Of a stretch of 58,475 nt of DNA, positions 23,057-31,026 are shown piece after piece. The stretch is from a virus: IMG/VR virus record IMGVR_UViG_3300045988_031867; one strand, 5' to 3'. The notes beneath the pieces were generated by a model. The model ran no database searches. It had not been told where the DNA came from and saw only the letters and a program-made list of their open reading frames with translations. How positions within the stretch are numbered: the stretch's first letter is position 1; each line of letters opens with the position of its first letter. Position numbers and translations under genes: made by a program.

Positions 23057-23476
23057 CTACGCTTCACGAACAGCAATTAAGTTACTATTCTGTACTTCAA
23101 TAGCCTGTGTAGATGTATTCTGCACTGCTACTGTACTGCAACAGCCGCAAGGTACATCAACATAGGCTTGTGCCGATACGTTAAATAAATTTTGAACTGC
23201 TGCTGGAGTGACTATCATCTTTGTAGACTGTAAAGGCTCTCCGTCTACTGCTATGGCAAGTGAAATCTCTTCAACTGTGCCGCCTGTAGGTATCTGAATG
23301 TTTCCACTATAAGATACTAAAAATCTAGCCTTGCACTGATTTGTAATACCTCTTAACTTGATAATTCCGCTTCCCTGTCTGTGTACGATACACTTTGTTC
23401 CGTTTACGGCTGTCTCTGTAAATGCCACATCTTCTCCGGCGGCAACTGTTTGTAATACAATTCCTGTAATTTCCAT
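23057..23476 (-). CDS. All-beta protein resembling BclA-C-terminal/C1q-TNF-like jelly-roll domains (pattern only)
   Basis: Start moved to ATG 23476 behind SD AGAGAGGTAAAG. Sequence GSGIIKLRG...RFLVSYSGNIQIP...ISLAIAVDGEPL...VSAQAYVDVPCGCCSTVAVQNTSTQAIEVQNSNLIAV. Confidence 0.35.
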   Translation of the reverse strand: MEITGIVLQTVAAGEDVAFTETAVNGTKCIVHRQGSGIIKLRGITNQCKARFLVSYSGNIQIPTGGTVEEISLAIAVDGEPLQSTKMIVTPAAVQNLFNVSAQAYVDVPCGCCSTVAVQNTSTQAIEVQNSNLIAVREA

Positions 23477-23651
23477 TATCTTTACCTCTCTTTCTAAAAA
23501 ATAAGGGCAAACCATACAAGTCTGCCCCATGCTCCCGACATCAATGTCGGTACCAACGTAATACTGCTTAGCAGACATAATCTTTCGAGTTTTCTTTCGA
23601 GTGGAACTCAAAAGCACCCAATCCGATTAAGATACTTGATTATTTAGTTGT

Positions 23652-24431
23652 TTAGCAGCCACAACCTGTATTGCAACCACATCCATAAGCATATCCGTAA
23701 AGGTTGCTTGCTGGGAATGATGGTACTGGTGTAGGTCTTACTGCATCAATAATCTGATTTGTCTGTGCTGTCATTGCAGTAGTCAGAAGTGCGTTCTGTC
23801 TATCCTGTGAAGCAGCTCTGCGTAAATCATTGTTCTCTGCCTGTAATGTTGCAATCTTGTCATTTGTCAGGAAATCAAGGATAGCTCTCGTTCCTGCGTT
23901 CTGGCTGTCAATGATGTCTCTGGTGTTGTTATTCATTGTATTCTGTAAAGCGCAGGTGTTAGTTGCCATATTGTAGTTCACACCCTGTATGGCTTCTCTT
24001 GTCTCACAGCAACAGTTAGCGAGCTGTGACTGTAAAGCGTTTGTATTCTGCATATTAGCGACTGTATCAGTGTTAATAGCCTGCTGGATGCCGTAGCCGG
24101 TCTGCATGATATTTGTGTTAATACCATTGAAGCCGGTAAGCATACTGTTATTCATAGCATAAAAACCATCGCAAAGTCCGTTGGAAATGCCATCTAACTT
24201 GCTGATAACTGCCGAATTGTCGAAGCCTCTCTGAATATCAGCCTGTGTCGCATATCCCTGTAATGCTCCACCATTACCGCCAAAGCCGCCAAAGCCACCG
24301 CCCCAGCCGCCGAATATTGCGAAAATTACGACAATAAACCAAAGCCATCCGCCGTCAGCTCCCCAGCCGTTGTTATTTCCGTTTCCATCAATGTTTGCCA
24401 CTAATGGAACCGATGCACAATTACTGAACAT
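23652..24431 (-). CDS. Membrane-anchored Gly-rich / Gln-Asn-Thr-rich protein with Cys-rich C-terminus
   Basis: 259 aa with SD AGGAGGAA. TM segment plus glycine zipper WLWFIVVIFAIFGGWGGGFGGFGGNGG. Internal ANCCCE and C-terminal YGCGCNTGCGC. Confidence 0.7.
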   Translation of the reverse strand: MFSNCASVPLVANIDGNGNNNGWGADGGWLWFIVVIFAIFGGWGGGFGGFGGNGGALQGYATQADIQRGFDNSAVISKLDGISNGLCDGFYAMNNSMLTGFNGINTNIMQTGYGIQQAINTDTVANMQNTNALQSQLANCCCETREAIQGVNYNMATNTCALQNTMNNNTRDIIDSQNAGTRAILDFLTNDKIATLQAENNDLRRAASQDRQNALLTTAMTAQTNQIIDAVRPTPVPSFPASNLYGYAYGCGCNTGCGC

Positions 24432-24491
24432 ATTTGTATTCCTCCTAATATTTATTCATAAAGAGGTTCCCGGGATTTCCTCTAATATGCT

Positions 24492-24728
24492 TTACATGCC
24501 TATATTTCTTTTAAATTGATTAAATACATCATCAGCATTTAAACCTTTTTCCTTACATAAGTTTCTTGCAAGCTGTTCAATACCCTTAGTGTTTCCCTGT
24601 TGTGCCATGCCGATAGCGTTTTTAGCCATAGGGTTTGACATAATCTGATTATTCCCCATTATTTGCTGTATGAACTGTTGTGGATTGCCGCCACGCATCA
24701 TTTGAATTAACTGCATTGGGTTTATCAT
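24492..24728 (-). CDS. Small Gln/Met/Asn-rich protein
   Basis: 78 aa, MINPMQLIQMMRGGNPQQFIQQIMGNNQIMSNPMAKN... ATGA coupling to the upstream gene. Confidence 0.6.
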   Translation of the reverse strand: MINPMQLIQMMRGGNPQQFIQQIMGNNQIMSNPMAKNAIGMAQQGNTKGIEQLARNLCKEKGLNADDVFNQFKRNIGM

Positions 24729-25261
24729 GCCTCGTCACTCTCCTTTTTGCTTTGCGATTGCGAAGTTTTTCTCTGTGTCCCTAAAGCTACCTTGTTTTCC
24801 AACTGCTCAATCTTAGCTGATAAGTCATCAAAGCGTTGCATAATGCCTGCTGTGACTTGTTCTGATAGGTCAATTTTGAGTTTTTCTGTATCAAGCGAAG
24901 TATTTACCGCTTGCACTGATTTATTGTCTATTTGGGGCTTATACACAATCGTTTTGATTAGTCCGTTAGCGTCCCAAGCCTTGACGTATATCTCCGACAT
25001 ATCCTGCTTAGGGAAGAATGCCATTGAGCCGTCCATAGGCACTTCATTAGCGTTGATGTTCTCAACGGACTGCACCATTCGCCCATTGATGCCTACTGGC
25101 TGTTGCTGGTATGCTCCCTGCATCTGTACCGGCGCCTGTTCCTGAGGCTGATACCTTGCCGCCTGCATTTGCTGTAAGTATTGTGGATAACCCGTGTACT
25201 GCTGTGGATAATAGCTCGGAATGTTATAAGGATTGTTGTATTGAGGATTGTTTATTTGCAT
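24725..25261 (-). CDS. Protein with Gln/Tyr/Pro-rich (prion-like) N-terminus and compact C-terminal domain
   Basis: 178 aa with SD GAGGAGGTAG. MQINNPQYNNPYNIPSYYPQQYTGYPQYLQQMQAARYQPQEQAPVQMQGAYQQQP, then a globular-looking segment. Confidence 0.65.
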   Translation of the reverse strand: MQINNPQYNNPYNIPSYYPQQYTGYPQYLQQMQAARYQPQEQAPVQMQGAYQQQPVGINGRMVQSVENINANEVPMDGSMAFFPKQDMSEIYVKAWDANGLIKTIVYKPQIDNKSVQAVNTSLDTEKLKIDLSEQVTAGIMQRFDDLSAKIEQLENKVALGTQRKTSQSQSKKESDEA

Positions 25262-25385
25262 TTTCTTCTTCTACCTCCTCGATAGCTTCGCCAACTGCGT
25301 GAATAATAAGAGATACCGTCATCAGGTCTGCTTTTTGAATTTCCTCTTTCGCGAAAATCTTCTCAATTACTTTGTCTGACAACAT
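25224..25385 (-). CDS. Hypothetical acidic protein, 53 aa
   Basis: SD AAGGAGGGG lies 6 nt before ATG 25385. MLSDKVIEKIFAKEEIQKADLMTVSLIIHAVGEAIEEVEEEN... It overlaps the next gene by 38 nt. Confidence 0.5.
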   Translation of the reverse strand: MLSDKVIEKIFAKEEIQKADLMTVSLIIHAVGEAIEEVEEENANKQSSIQQSL

Positions 25386-25435
25386 CGGTTACCCCTCCTT
25401 TTGCTTATATTTTGGCATAAAAAAAGCCGCCTAAA

Positions 25436-25463
25436 GCGACAGCTTGGCGACATAAAAGCGACA
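25436..25463. repeat. Three GCGACA direct repeats at 11-bp spacing
   Basis: GCGACAgcttgGCGACAtaaaaGCGACA at 25436-41, 25447-52 and 25458-63, between the recombinase gene and the downstream operon. Confidence 0.7.
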
Positions 25464-25507
25464 AATATTCAATTTCCACTTTGAAAAAACGCGATAAATA
25501 CGGCATT

Positions 25508-25549
25508 AGCACTAGCATACCGCCGTAGGCACAGCATACAGTAAGTGCT
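25508..25549. other. Imperfect inverted repeat abutting the recombinase stop codon (candidate attP core)
   Basis: AGCACT AGCATAC cgccgtaggcac AGCATAC agta AGTGCT. The outer hexamers are inverted and the inner heptamers are direct. Confidence 0.25.
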
Positions 25550-26909
25550 AAAAATTCTTTAACTGTATCTCAATATTGCCATTGACAATGATTATCTTGT
25601 CAATTATAGTTTTTAATATCATATTTTTTTGTTTCTTGTCGATGCTGTCCCAAACATCGGCAAGTTTTTTTATTTCGTCATATACAATAGTATTCTTCTG
25701 CTTGACGGAAAAGTTTTTTTGTTCTTCCAATATATTCTCCTTAATCGCAGATATGTTTGCTTCAAGCTCCTTAATCATGCTCAACACTGTGTCGTTGCCA
25801 TCTGCATACAAGCCGTAAAGCCTTTTCAATTTTGCCTGTTCCTTGTCGAGTTGCGACTGCATAATATTAAGCTTTGTTTCCTTCTCCTTAGGCTTGTACA
25901 ACGATAAGTCAAGCGATATTTTGAGCATTTCTTTCTCGACTTGCTCCTCTATATCGTCCGCCCATTCGAGTGAATTATTGCAGTCCGGGTTGTGGTTTGG
26001 CAAATAAGACATAGCCTTATTCCTTGACATGCAATATATCTTGTGCTTTCCATGCGTCCACTTCTGGTATCTCATGGCGCATCCGCACACACCGCAATAA
26101 CACAGCCCGGTCAATAAGTTCGGTTCGGTTATACAGCTTGCCTTATTAAGGCTTCGGGATTTCCTCAGTTGCTGTGCAAGTTCAAACAACTCCTTATCAA
26201 AAATAGGCTCATGTAAGCCTTGATAAATTTTACCCTTGTATGGTATCATTCCGATATTTACTTCGCTTGTTAGAACCTTTCTCACTACAGATTCCAATTT
26301 AAAACCGCAAATTTCTTTAATTCTTGCATCTGAATAGCCGGATATGAACAATTCAAGACCTTTTCTTGCTTGTTCCGCTCGTTCCGGGATAGGTATTAAT
26401 ATACCTTGGTCTTTGCTATAAGAATAGCAATAAGGAGTATTGCCGCCACCTGGCCAGTAGCCTTGTTTTATTCTTTCCAGCATACCACCGCGCATACGCA
26501 ACATCATAGTATTTTTATCAAGCTGCGCAAAAACCGCCATCATTTGTGTATACGCCTGTTCCATTGGGCTATCATAGCTTACACTATCGTGTACGCACTT
26601 AAATTGTACGCCGTTTGGCTGAAATATCTTTTCAATCATATATAAACCATCAATCATATTCCTTGATAATCTGTCAAGCTTAAAAGCCACCACGCAAGAT
26701 AACCTCTTGTGCTTGCAGTCAGCAACAAGCCTTTGAAGCTCAGGGCGGTTCATATTCGCCCCGGTGTAGCCATCGTCAACATACCAATCTGTCACAATCA
26801 GCTCATTCTTGGAGCAGTAGTCGAGAATATCTCTCTTTTGGCTTTCCAATCCGTTACCTTCTTCGGCTTGCTTCTCCGTTGATACTCTCATGTACGCAAC
26901 ACATTCCAT
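25548..26909 (-). CDS. Large serine recombinase (integrase)
   Basis: 453 aa. N-terminal resolvase motif AYMRVSTEKQ, central recombinase domain, zinc ribbon CYCGVCGCAMRY and a C-terminal coiled coil. SD AGAGGAGGT. Confidence 0.9.
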   Translation of the reverse strand: MECVAYMRVSTEKQAEEGNGLESQKRDILDYCSKNELIVTDWYVDDGYTGANMNRPELQRLVADCKHKRLSCVVAFKLDRLSRNMIDGLYMIEKIFQPNGVQFKCVHDSVSYDSPMEQAYTQMMAVFAQLDKNTMMLRMRGGMLERIKQGYWPGGGNTPYCYSYSKDQGILIPIPERAEQARKGLELFISGYSDARIKEICGFKLESVVRKVLTSEVNIGMIPYKGKIYQGLHEPIFDKELFELAQQLRKSRSLNKASCITEPNLLTGLCYCGVCGCAMRYQKWTHGKHKIYCMSRNKAMSYLPNHNPDCNNSLEWADDIEEQVEKEMLKISLDLSLYKPKEKETKLNIMQSQLDKEQAKLKRLYGLYADGNDTVLSMIKELEANISAIKENILEEQKNFSVKQKNTIVYDEIKKLADVWDSIDKKQKNMILKTIIDKIIIVNGNIEIQLKNF

Positions 26910-26925
26910 TGTTTAACCTCCTCTT

Positions 26926-26963
26926 AAAAAGAATGTGCCGTACTTATCGCGTTACGGCACATT
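26926..26963 (-). terminator. Intrinsic terminator upstream of the recombinase gene
   Basis: Minus strand: aatgtgccgta-acgcgataag-tacggcacatt followed by cTTTTT. The stem is 11 bp. Confidence 0.75.
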
Positions 26964-26975
26964 TTACGCTCATAT

Positions 26976-27077
26976 TTACTGATTGTCAATTATTGATGCA
27001 ATCAGTTCTTTGGTCTTGTCCGGCAATTTGATTTCGCCTGTCTTAATCTCCCTGCCATTCTGTGTCACAATCACCAT
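26976..27077 (-). CDS. Hypothetical peptide, 33 aa
   Basis: SD GGAGGGG with tight coupling to the upstream stop. MVIVTQNGREIKTGEIKLPDKTKELIASIIDNQ. Confidence 0.3.
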   Translation of the reverse strand: MVIVTQNGREIKTGEIKLPDKTKELIASIIDNQ

Positions 27078-27079
27078 GA

Positions 27080-27283
27080 TTACCCCTCCAATCTGCTGAT
27101 TTTAGACTTAATTTTTTTAATCCGCCTGTTCACCGTCCGATTGCATACCGATACCCGTTCTGCAATCTCCGTTATGGTTTTGCCTCTTGATAGCAACTTA
27201 AATATATTTTCTTCTTCCTCGGTAAAATTGGCGTTGTTAATAATTGCATCAAGCTCCGGCTTAGTCAGCTTCGACAGCTTCAT
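27080..27283 (-). CDS. Sigma-70 region-4 / LuxR-type HTH protein
   Basis: 67 aa. EEEENIFKLLSRGKTITEIAERVSVCNRTVNRRIKKIK. Confidence 0.5.
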   Translation of the reverse strand: MKLSKLTKPELDAIINNANFTEEEENIFKLLSRGKTITEIAERVSVCNRTVNRRIKKIKSKISRLEG

Positions 27284-27298
27284 AAGCCGTTATTCCTC

Positions 27299-27691
27299 CT
27301 ATTCTCTCTCTTTTCTTCGCCAGTTAAAGTCCAAGCCGCACTCTTCACGCATGGTCTGTCTCATGTCCGCCCAACTCACATCGTCATCGGCAAGGCATTC
27401 TGCCTTGCTATTAAACCTATCCATAAATCGGTTTAATCTTGAACGCCCAAAGTCAAACTCATCTCGGAGCGTGACTGCTGATAACAGGCATATAGAATCA
27501 ACAACATTGTTCTTTATCCGCTTGGTACACGCTTCTAATTCTTCGTGCGATACTTCAAACGGAATAAACTCGGCGTTCCTCTGCTTCAACTCCTTAACTG
27601 CTTCATCAATGCCGTATCGCTGCGCGATATCTAATATCCACGCCGCACCCGACATTCTATATTCGTGTATCTTCTTGTCACTCTTAGCCAT
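27299..27691 (-). CDS. Hypothetical protein
   Basis: Start moved to ATG 27691 behind GAGGAG. 130 aa. Confidence 0.55.
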   Translation of the reverse strand: MAKSDKKIHEYRMSGAAWILDIAQRYGIDEAVKELKQRNAEFIPFEVSHEELEACTKRIKNNVVDSICLLSAVTLRDEFDFGRSRLNRFMDRFNSKAECLADDDVSWADMRQTMREECGLDFNWRRKERE

Positions 27692-27704
27692 TGTCCGTCG
27701 CTCC

Positions 27705-27908
27705 TCACATTCTTTCGCATTCCAGTTCATCAGTACTCACATTAAAGTACGTTGCTATCTTATCTAACGTATGCGGTCTAGGGTATGCCTTGCGACATAA
27801 GTACTTGCTCACCTGTGCCTGAGACAAGCCCAAATCGCTGGCAAGTTTAAACTGCGATACCTTTTGCCGTGCCATAAGCGCCCGAAGATTATCAGCGAAC
27901 CTCGTCAT
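27705..27908 (-). CDS. XRE-family HTH protein
   Basis: 67 aa. FADNLRALMARQKVSQFKLASDLGLSQAQVSKYL. Confidence 0.65.
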   Translation of the reverse strand: MTRFADNLRALMARQKVSQFKLASDLGLSQAQVSKYLCRKAYPRPHTLDKIATYFNVSTDELECERM

Positions 27909-28059
27909 ATTTTACTCCGTTTCCGGCTGCATTTAATCCATCTCTGTAGCCCTCTTCGTATGCTTCAATGATTACATTGTTTTTGCTCGCTCCTACTATC
28001 AAGAATGTTGCCATAGCTGATAATATCGTGCCAGCCAAAAAAGCTATTGTCGTTGCCAT
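27892..28059 (-). CDS. Small membrane protein, 55 aa
   Basis: TGATG start/stop overlap with the upstream gene. MATTIAFLAGTILSAMATFLIVGASKNN... has one TM segment. Confidence 0.4.
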   Translation of the reverse strand: MATTIAFLAGTILSAMATFLIVGASKNNVIIEAYEEGYRDGLNAAGNGVKYDEVR

Positions 28060-28427
28060 CAATAGTTATACCCCCTCCATTTGATTTTGCACTCCTCGCA
28101 TAGGCAGGAACTTTCTGTGCGCGGCACTTTCCCGCACATAGTACACAACCCTTGTGCCTTAAGCCGCTTTCGTCGTGCCATAACCTCGTCTGATTTCTTT
28201 CGTCCGCATATTTCGCAAGTTACTCTGCCCGGGCGTGCTTTCCTTGTCTTGCATATTGTACATAATCCTGCTTTCAGTGCTATTTTCCTTGCGTATTTAG
28301 TCATTTCGCTATCAGTTTTCAAGCAATTCTCGCACTTTGAAAACTTGTAATTGTCTGGCAGTTTAGCTCCACAATATGTACATTCATGGTTCGCCTTGCG
28401 TTTATAATATATTTCGTTAGCCGCCAT
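28059..28427 (-). CDS. Multi-CxxC zinc-finger protein
   Basis: 122 aa with at least six CxxC pairs (CTYCG, CENC, CTIC, CEIC, CTMC, CEEC). Confidence 0.6.
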   Translation of the reverse strand: MAANEIYYKRKANHECTYCGAKLPDNYKFSKCENCLKTDSEMTKYARKIALKAGLCTICKTRKARPGRVTCEICGRKKSDEVMARRKRLKAQGLCTMCGKVPRTESSCLCEECKIKWRGYNY

Positions 28428-28914
28428 CTTTATCTCCTTTCTGTATTATTTTTCGCTCCATCTCTTTGAATTGTTCGTCCGTATATCCTCTTTGTGAAAA
28501 CTTGTTAAACGTGTTCTTTGTCCTTGGTGTTGAGCTTTGGGTTGTGCTCATACTCACCATCTTAGCCGGGTCATCTGTGTAGGCTCCGTTAGGCTTAACA
28601 CCTATCTGCGATTTTTCCTCCGTGTACAGCGTTGGCTTATATCTGTCCTTAGGTATGGTGTTATGTAGCCGCCAATGCTTAATTACAATGACGTTAGAGT
28701 TAGGGAACGTCAAAACATACCGCTTGTCAATCAATATTTGCAAGTCCTCGCTTGACGCCTGACATTCCCTCGCAATCCTCTTAGGTGCATCCACAAAGCC
28801 GTCATCATCCGCTCTCATGCACAAGTGAAAAAATAAACCCTGCGCCGATATTGGCATATCAAGGAACGCATCCGAATCTATTAACTTTTTGCTGAACATT
28901 CTCTTGTCTGCCAT
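28417..28914 (-). CDS. Replication initiator / replisome-organizer-like protein
   Basis: N-terminal RMFSKKLIDSDAFLDMPISAQGLFFHLCMRADDDGFVDAPKRI...IKHWRLHN is a pattern I associate with Gram-positive phage and plasmid replication proteins. Confidence 0.5.
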   Translation of the reverse strand: MADKRMFSKKLIDSDAFLDMPISAQGLFFHLCMRADDDGFVDAPKRIARECQASSEDLQILIDKRYVLTFPNSNVIVIKHWRLHNTIPKDRYKPTLYTEEKSQIGVKPNGAYTDDPAKMVSMSTTQSSTPRTKNTFNKFSQRGYTDEQFKEMERKIIQKGDKDGG

Positions 28915-28934
28915 ATTCCGCTCCTCTTTGTTTT

Positions 28935-29126
28935 CTATCTCACTAAATCTTCTAACTTAACTCCAAATCCGTCCATTTTCTTACTTTCTAAGAACGTATT
29001 CGTGTCAAAGAATACCAATGTATGATTCTCTTTATCGAATCCCATTGACACGCCATTCCTTGTAAGGCTACCTTTTAGCAAATCTAGGACTATTTGTATT
29101 TCCTGTTTTGTATTGTCTGTCATCAT
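28935..29126 (-). CDS. Hypothetical protein
   Basis: 63-aa ORF with SD AAGGAGAA. Confidence 0.55.
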   Translation of the reverse strand: MMTDNTKQEIQIVLDLLKGSLTRNGVSMGFDKENHTLVFFDTNTFLESKKMDGFGVKLEDLVR

Positions 29127-29860
29127 TATTCTCCTTGCTTAATATTCAAATTCTTAAACATAGCACACATAATATCTACCACAATGCTGTTCCCGAATTG
29201 TTTATATAGTTGAGAATCACTGTTTACTGCTGTCATTTTGTCAATATCTTCATCAGATACACCCATCAGCCGCCCACATTCTCTTGGCGTTAATTTTCGT
29301 ATGCGGTATTTAGGATAAATATATTTGCCTGTTGTGTTCTGCTTAATTGCAACTCTGTTATTGTGCTTTGGACTACTTCCGTCAGTTGTGAGTGTTCCGA
29401 AAACGTCTGATTTTGCACTCATGTTTTGTTCGTCTATTGCAATCACATTTTCCATTACAAGATTATCCTTTTGAACACTTGTTAGGCAATTACTTGTGCC
29501 TTGCGTATTTACCTCTAACCTTTGTTCTGTTGGACTACCAGCGGATCTGTCGGACGGATTATCGGGATTTCTGCCACGCATTGCAACTATCTGACTTTCA
29601 AGGATTTTCGGCTCTTGACCGCCACCTTGCATTGTACTCAATGTTGGACTGCACCCTCCAACATCATAAATTCTGTTGGTGCTCTCAAATTTTGATTCAA
29701 GAGAGCCTATTACATTTACATCTGCCATTACTTCAATCACTCCGCTACTTGTTTTATTGGCTCTTAGGGTAGGGCAAATCCCCCCCCTAAGTACCTTTTC
29801 GCCACCGAATTTTTCACTTTCAAAAAGCACTATTCCGATAGCGTCTGTTAATTTTTCCAT
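29126..29860 (-). CDS. C5-cytosine methyltransferase, C-terminal part (extra target-recognition modules plus motifs IX-X)
   Basis: Repeated TL-type TRD signatures CPTLRANKTSSG, CSPTLSTMQGGG and FGTLTTDGSS. These are followed by RKLTPRECGRLMG (IX) and QFGNSIVV (X). Confidence 0.7.
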   Translation of the reverse strand: MEKLTDAIGIVLFESEKFGGEKVLRGGICPTLRANKTSSGVIEVMADVNVIGSLESKFESTNRIYDVGGCSPTLSTMQGGGQEPKILESQIVAMRGRNPDNPSDRSAGSPTEQRLEVNTQGTSNCLTSVQKDNLVMENVIAIDEQNMSAKSDVFGTLTTDGSSPKHNNRVAIKQNTTGKYIYPKYRIRKLTPRECGRLMGVSDEDIDKMTAVNSDSQLYKQFGNSIVVDIMCAMFKNLNIKQGE

Positions 29861-31026
29861 TCAATTACTCCATTACTTCCATAATTATCAAGGCCTTTAT
29901 AATCTCTTGCCCTAAGAGTTACGGCCACATCAATCGGTTTGTCTGCCATCTCTCCCATATCCTTTAACAACCAAGTTTCCATCTGACCGCAAGTTTGATA
30001 TTCCGCAGTCATATCTTGCCTTGATACAGTTTGCAACTTCTCTCTGTTGTGGCTTATTGATTGTTCCGTCAACGCAAGTCTGCTCTGCTCTGCTCTGCTC
30101 TCAGGATTGTGCTGTGGTAGTGTACCGTTGCCAATAAGTGTCTGAATAAGTTTTTGCGCCTTTTCATTGTTAATGTAGTATTTCTCGTTCACATCTTCCT
30201 CTAAGTAGTCCTTTAACCGCTTTGTGAGTGGTATAGGGTTAGGGAACTTGTAATTATATTCTCCTAAGAACGAGAACATAAAACATCTTTCTCTGTTCTG
30301 TGCAACCCCATAATTCTTAGCGTTCAAGTCTTGCCAATAATTCACATATCCCAAACTTTCAAGGAAATCTAGCCACTTTCTAAAATCCGGCATATTGTCT
30401 TGGCTATGGACTTGTGGTACATTTTCCATAAACAGTATCTGTGGCAGTTCTCCGTTGCTATCCCTGATTTCGGTTAAAATCCTCTCAACTTCCCATAGCA
30501 AACCACTTCTTGTACCACTACCTTTAGTCATTCCCATTTGCTTTCCTGCAACTGATAAATCGGTGCAAGGAAATGAATAAGTAAGTAAGTAAGTAAAGTG
30601 TTCCGTATCAACTATTTTTAAATCATTTCCGTGAGTTGCACATATATTGACCAAATTATGCGTAGCTTTTATGTCATTGTAACACTTCCTTCTCCACATC
30701 TCTCCGTAGGAATGGCTGCGTATCTGATTTTCGCCAAGAGCTGTCTTTCCGTCAACAGATATTCCGAGTTTTGTCAACTCCTCGATTATTTTCTCCGAGT
30801 CAACTCCATCGCTATAATCAGTGTTATCGTCCGGCATGTGAATTGCCTTATAAGATGCAACCGAATGCATTTCCCATTCACATATAAGATAATGCTCAAA
30901 TTTTGCACCTATTCGCTTTAATGCCATAGCCTGACTTCCGTAACCTGCGAACAACTCTATCAATCGGATAGGGTTTGTTATGCTGATTGGTTCTCGCAAG
31001 TAGTCAAATAGGTTCATCTGTGTCAT
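29848..31026 (-). CDS. C5-cytosine methyltransferase, N-terminal catalytic part (motifs I-VIII plus first TRD)
   Basis: LFAGYGS (I), FPCTDLS (IV), ENV (VI), QNRERCF (VIII) and VTLRARDYKG (TRD). It ends in GAA TGG AAA AAT TAA, overlapping the next ORF's ATG. Confidence 0.8.
   Translation of the reverse strand: MTQMNLFDYLREPISITNPIRLIELFAGYGSQAMALKRIGAKFEHYLICEWEMHSVASYKAIHMPDDNTDYSDGVDSEKIIEELTKLGISVDGKTALGENQIRSHSYGEMWRRKCYNDIKATHNLVNICATHGNDLKIVDTEHFTYLLTYSFPCTDLSVAGKQMGMTKGSGTRSGLLWEVERILTEIRDSNGELPQILFMENVPQVHSQDNMPDFRKWLDFLESLGYVNYWQDLNAKNYGVAQNRERCFMFSFLGEYNYKFPNPIPLTKRLKDYLEEDVNEKYYINNEKAQKLIQTLIGNGTLPQHNPESRAEQSRLALTEQSISHNREKLQTVSRQDMTAEYQTCGQMETWLLKDMGEMADKPIDVAVTLRARDYKGLDNYGSNGVIEWKN
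30079..30102. repeat. Pentanucleotide tandem repeat (CTGCT/AGCAG) x4 inside the methyltransferase gene
   Basis: tctgctctgctctgctctgctctc encodes ESRAEQSR. Confidence 0.85.

Noticed and set aside
27141-27767. 208-aa plus-strand ORF
   Set aside because: It is antisense to three tightly coupled, SD-led minus-strand genes. The Ser/Leu-rich low-complexity translation is typical of a reverse-strand shadow.
29848-29860. Programmed -1 frameshift joining the two methyltransferase ORFs
   Set aside because: The junction G AAA AAT is not a canonical X XXY YYZ slippery site, and no downstream stimulatory structure was seen. It is kept only as one of several explanations.
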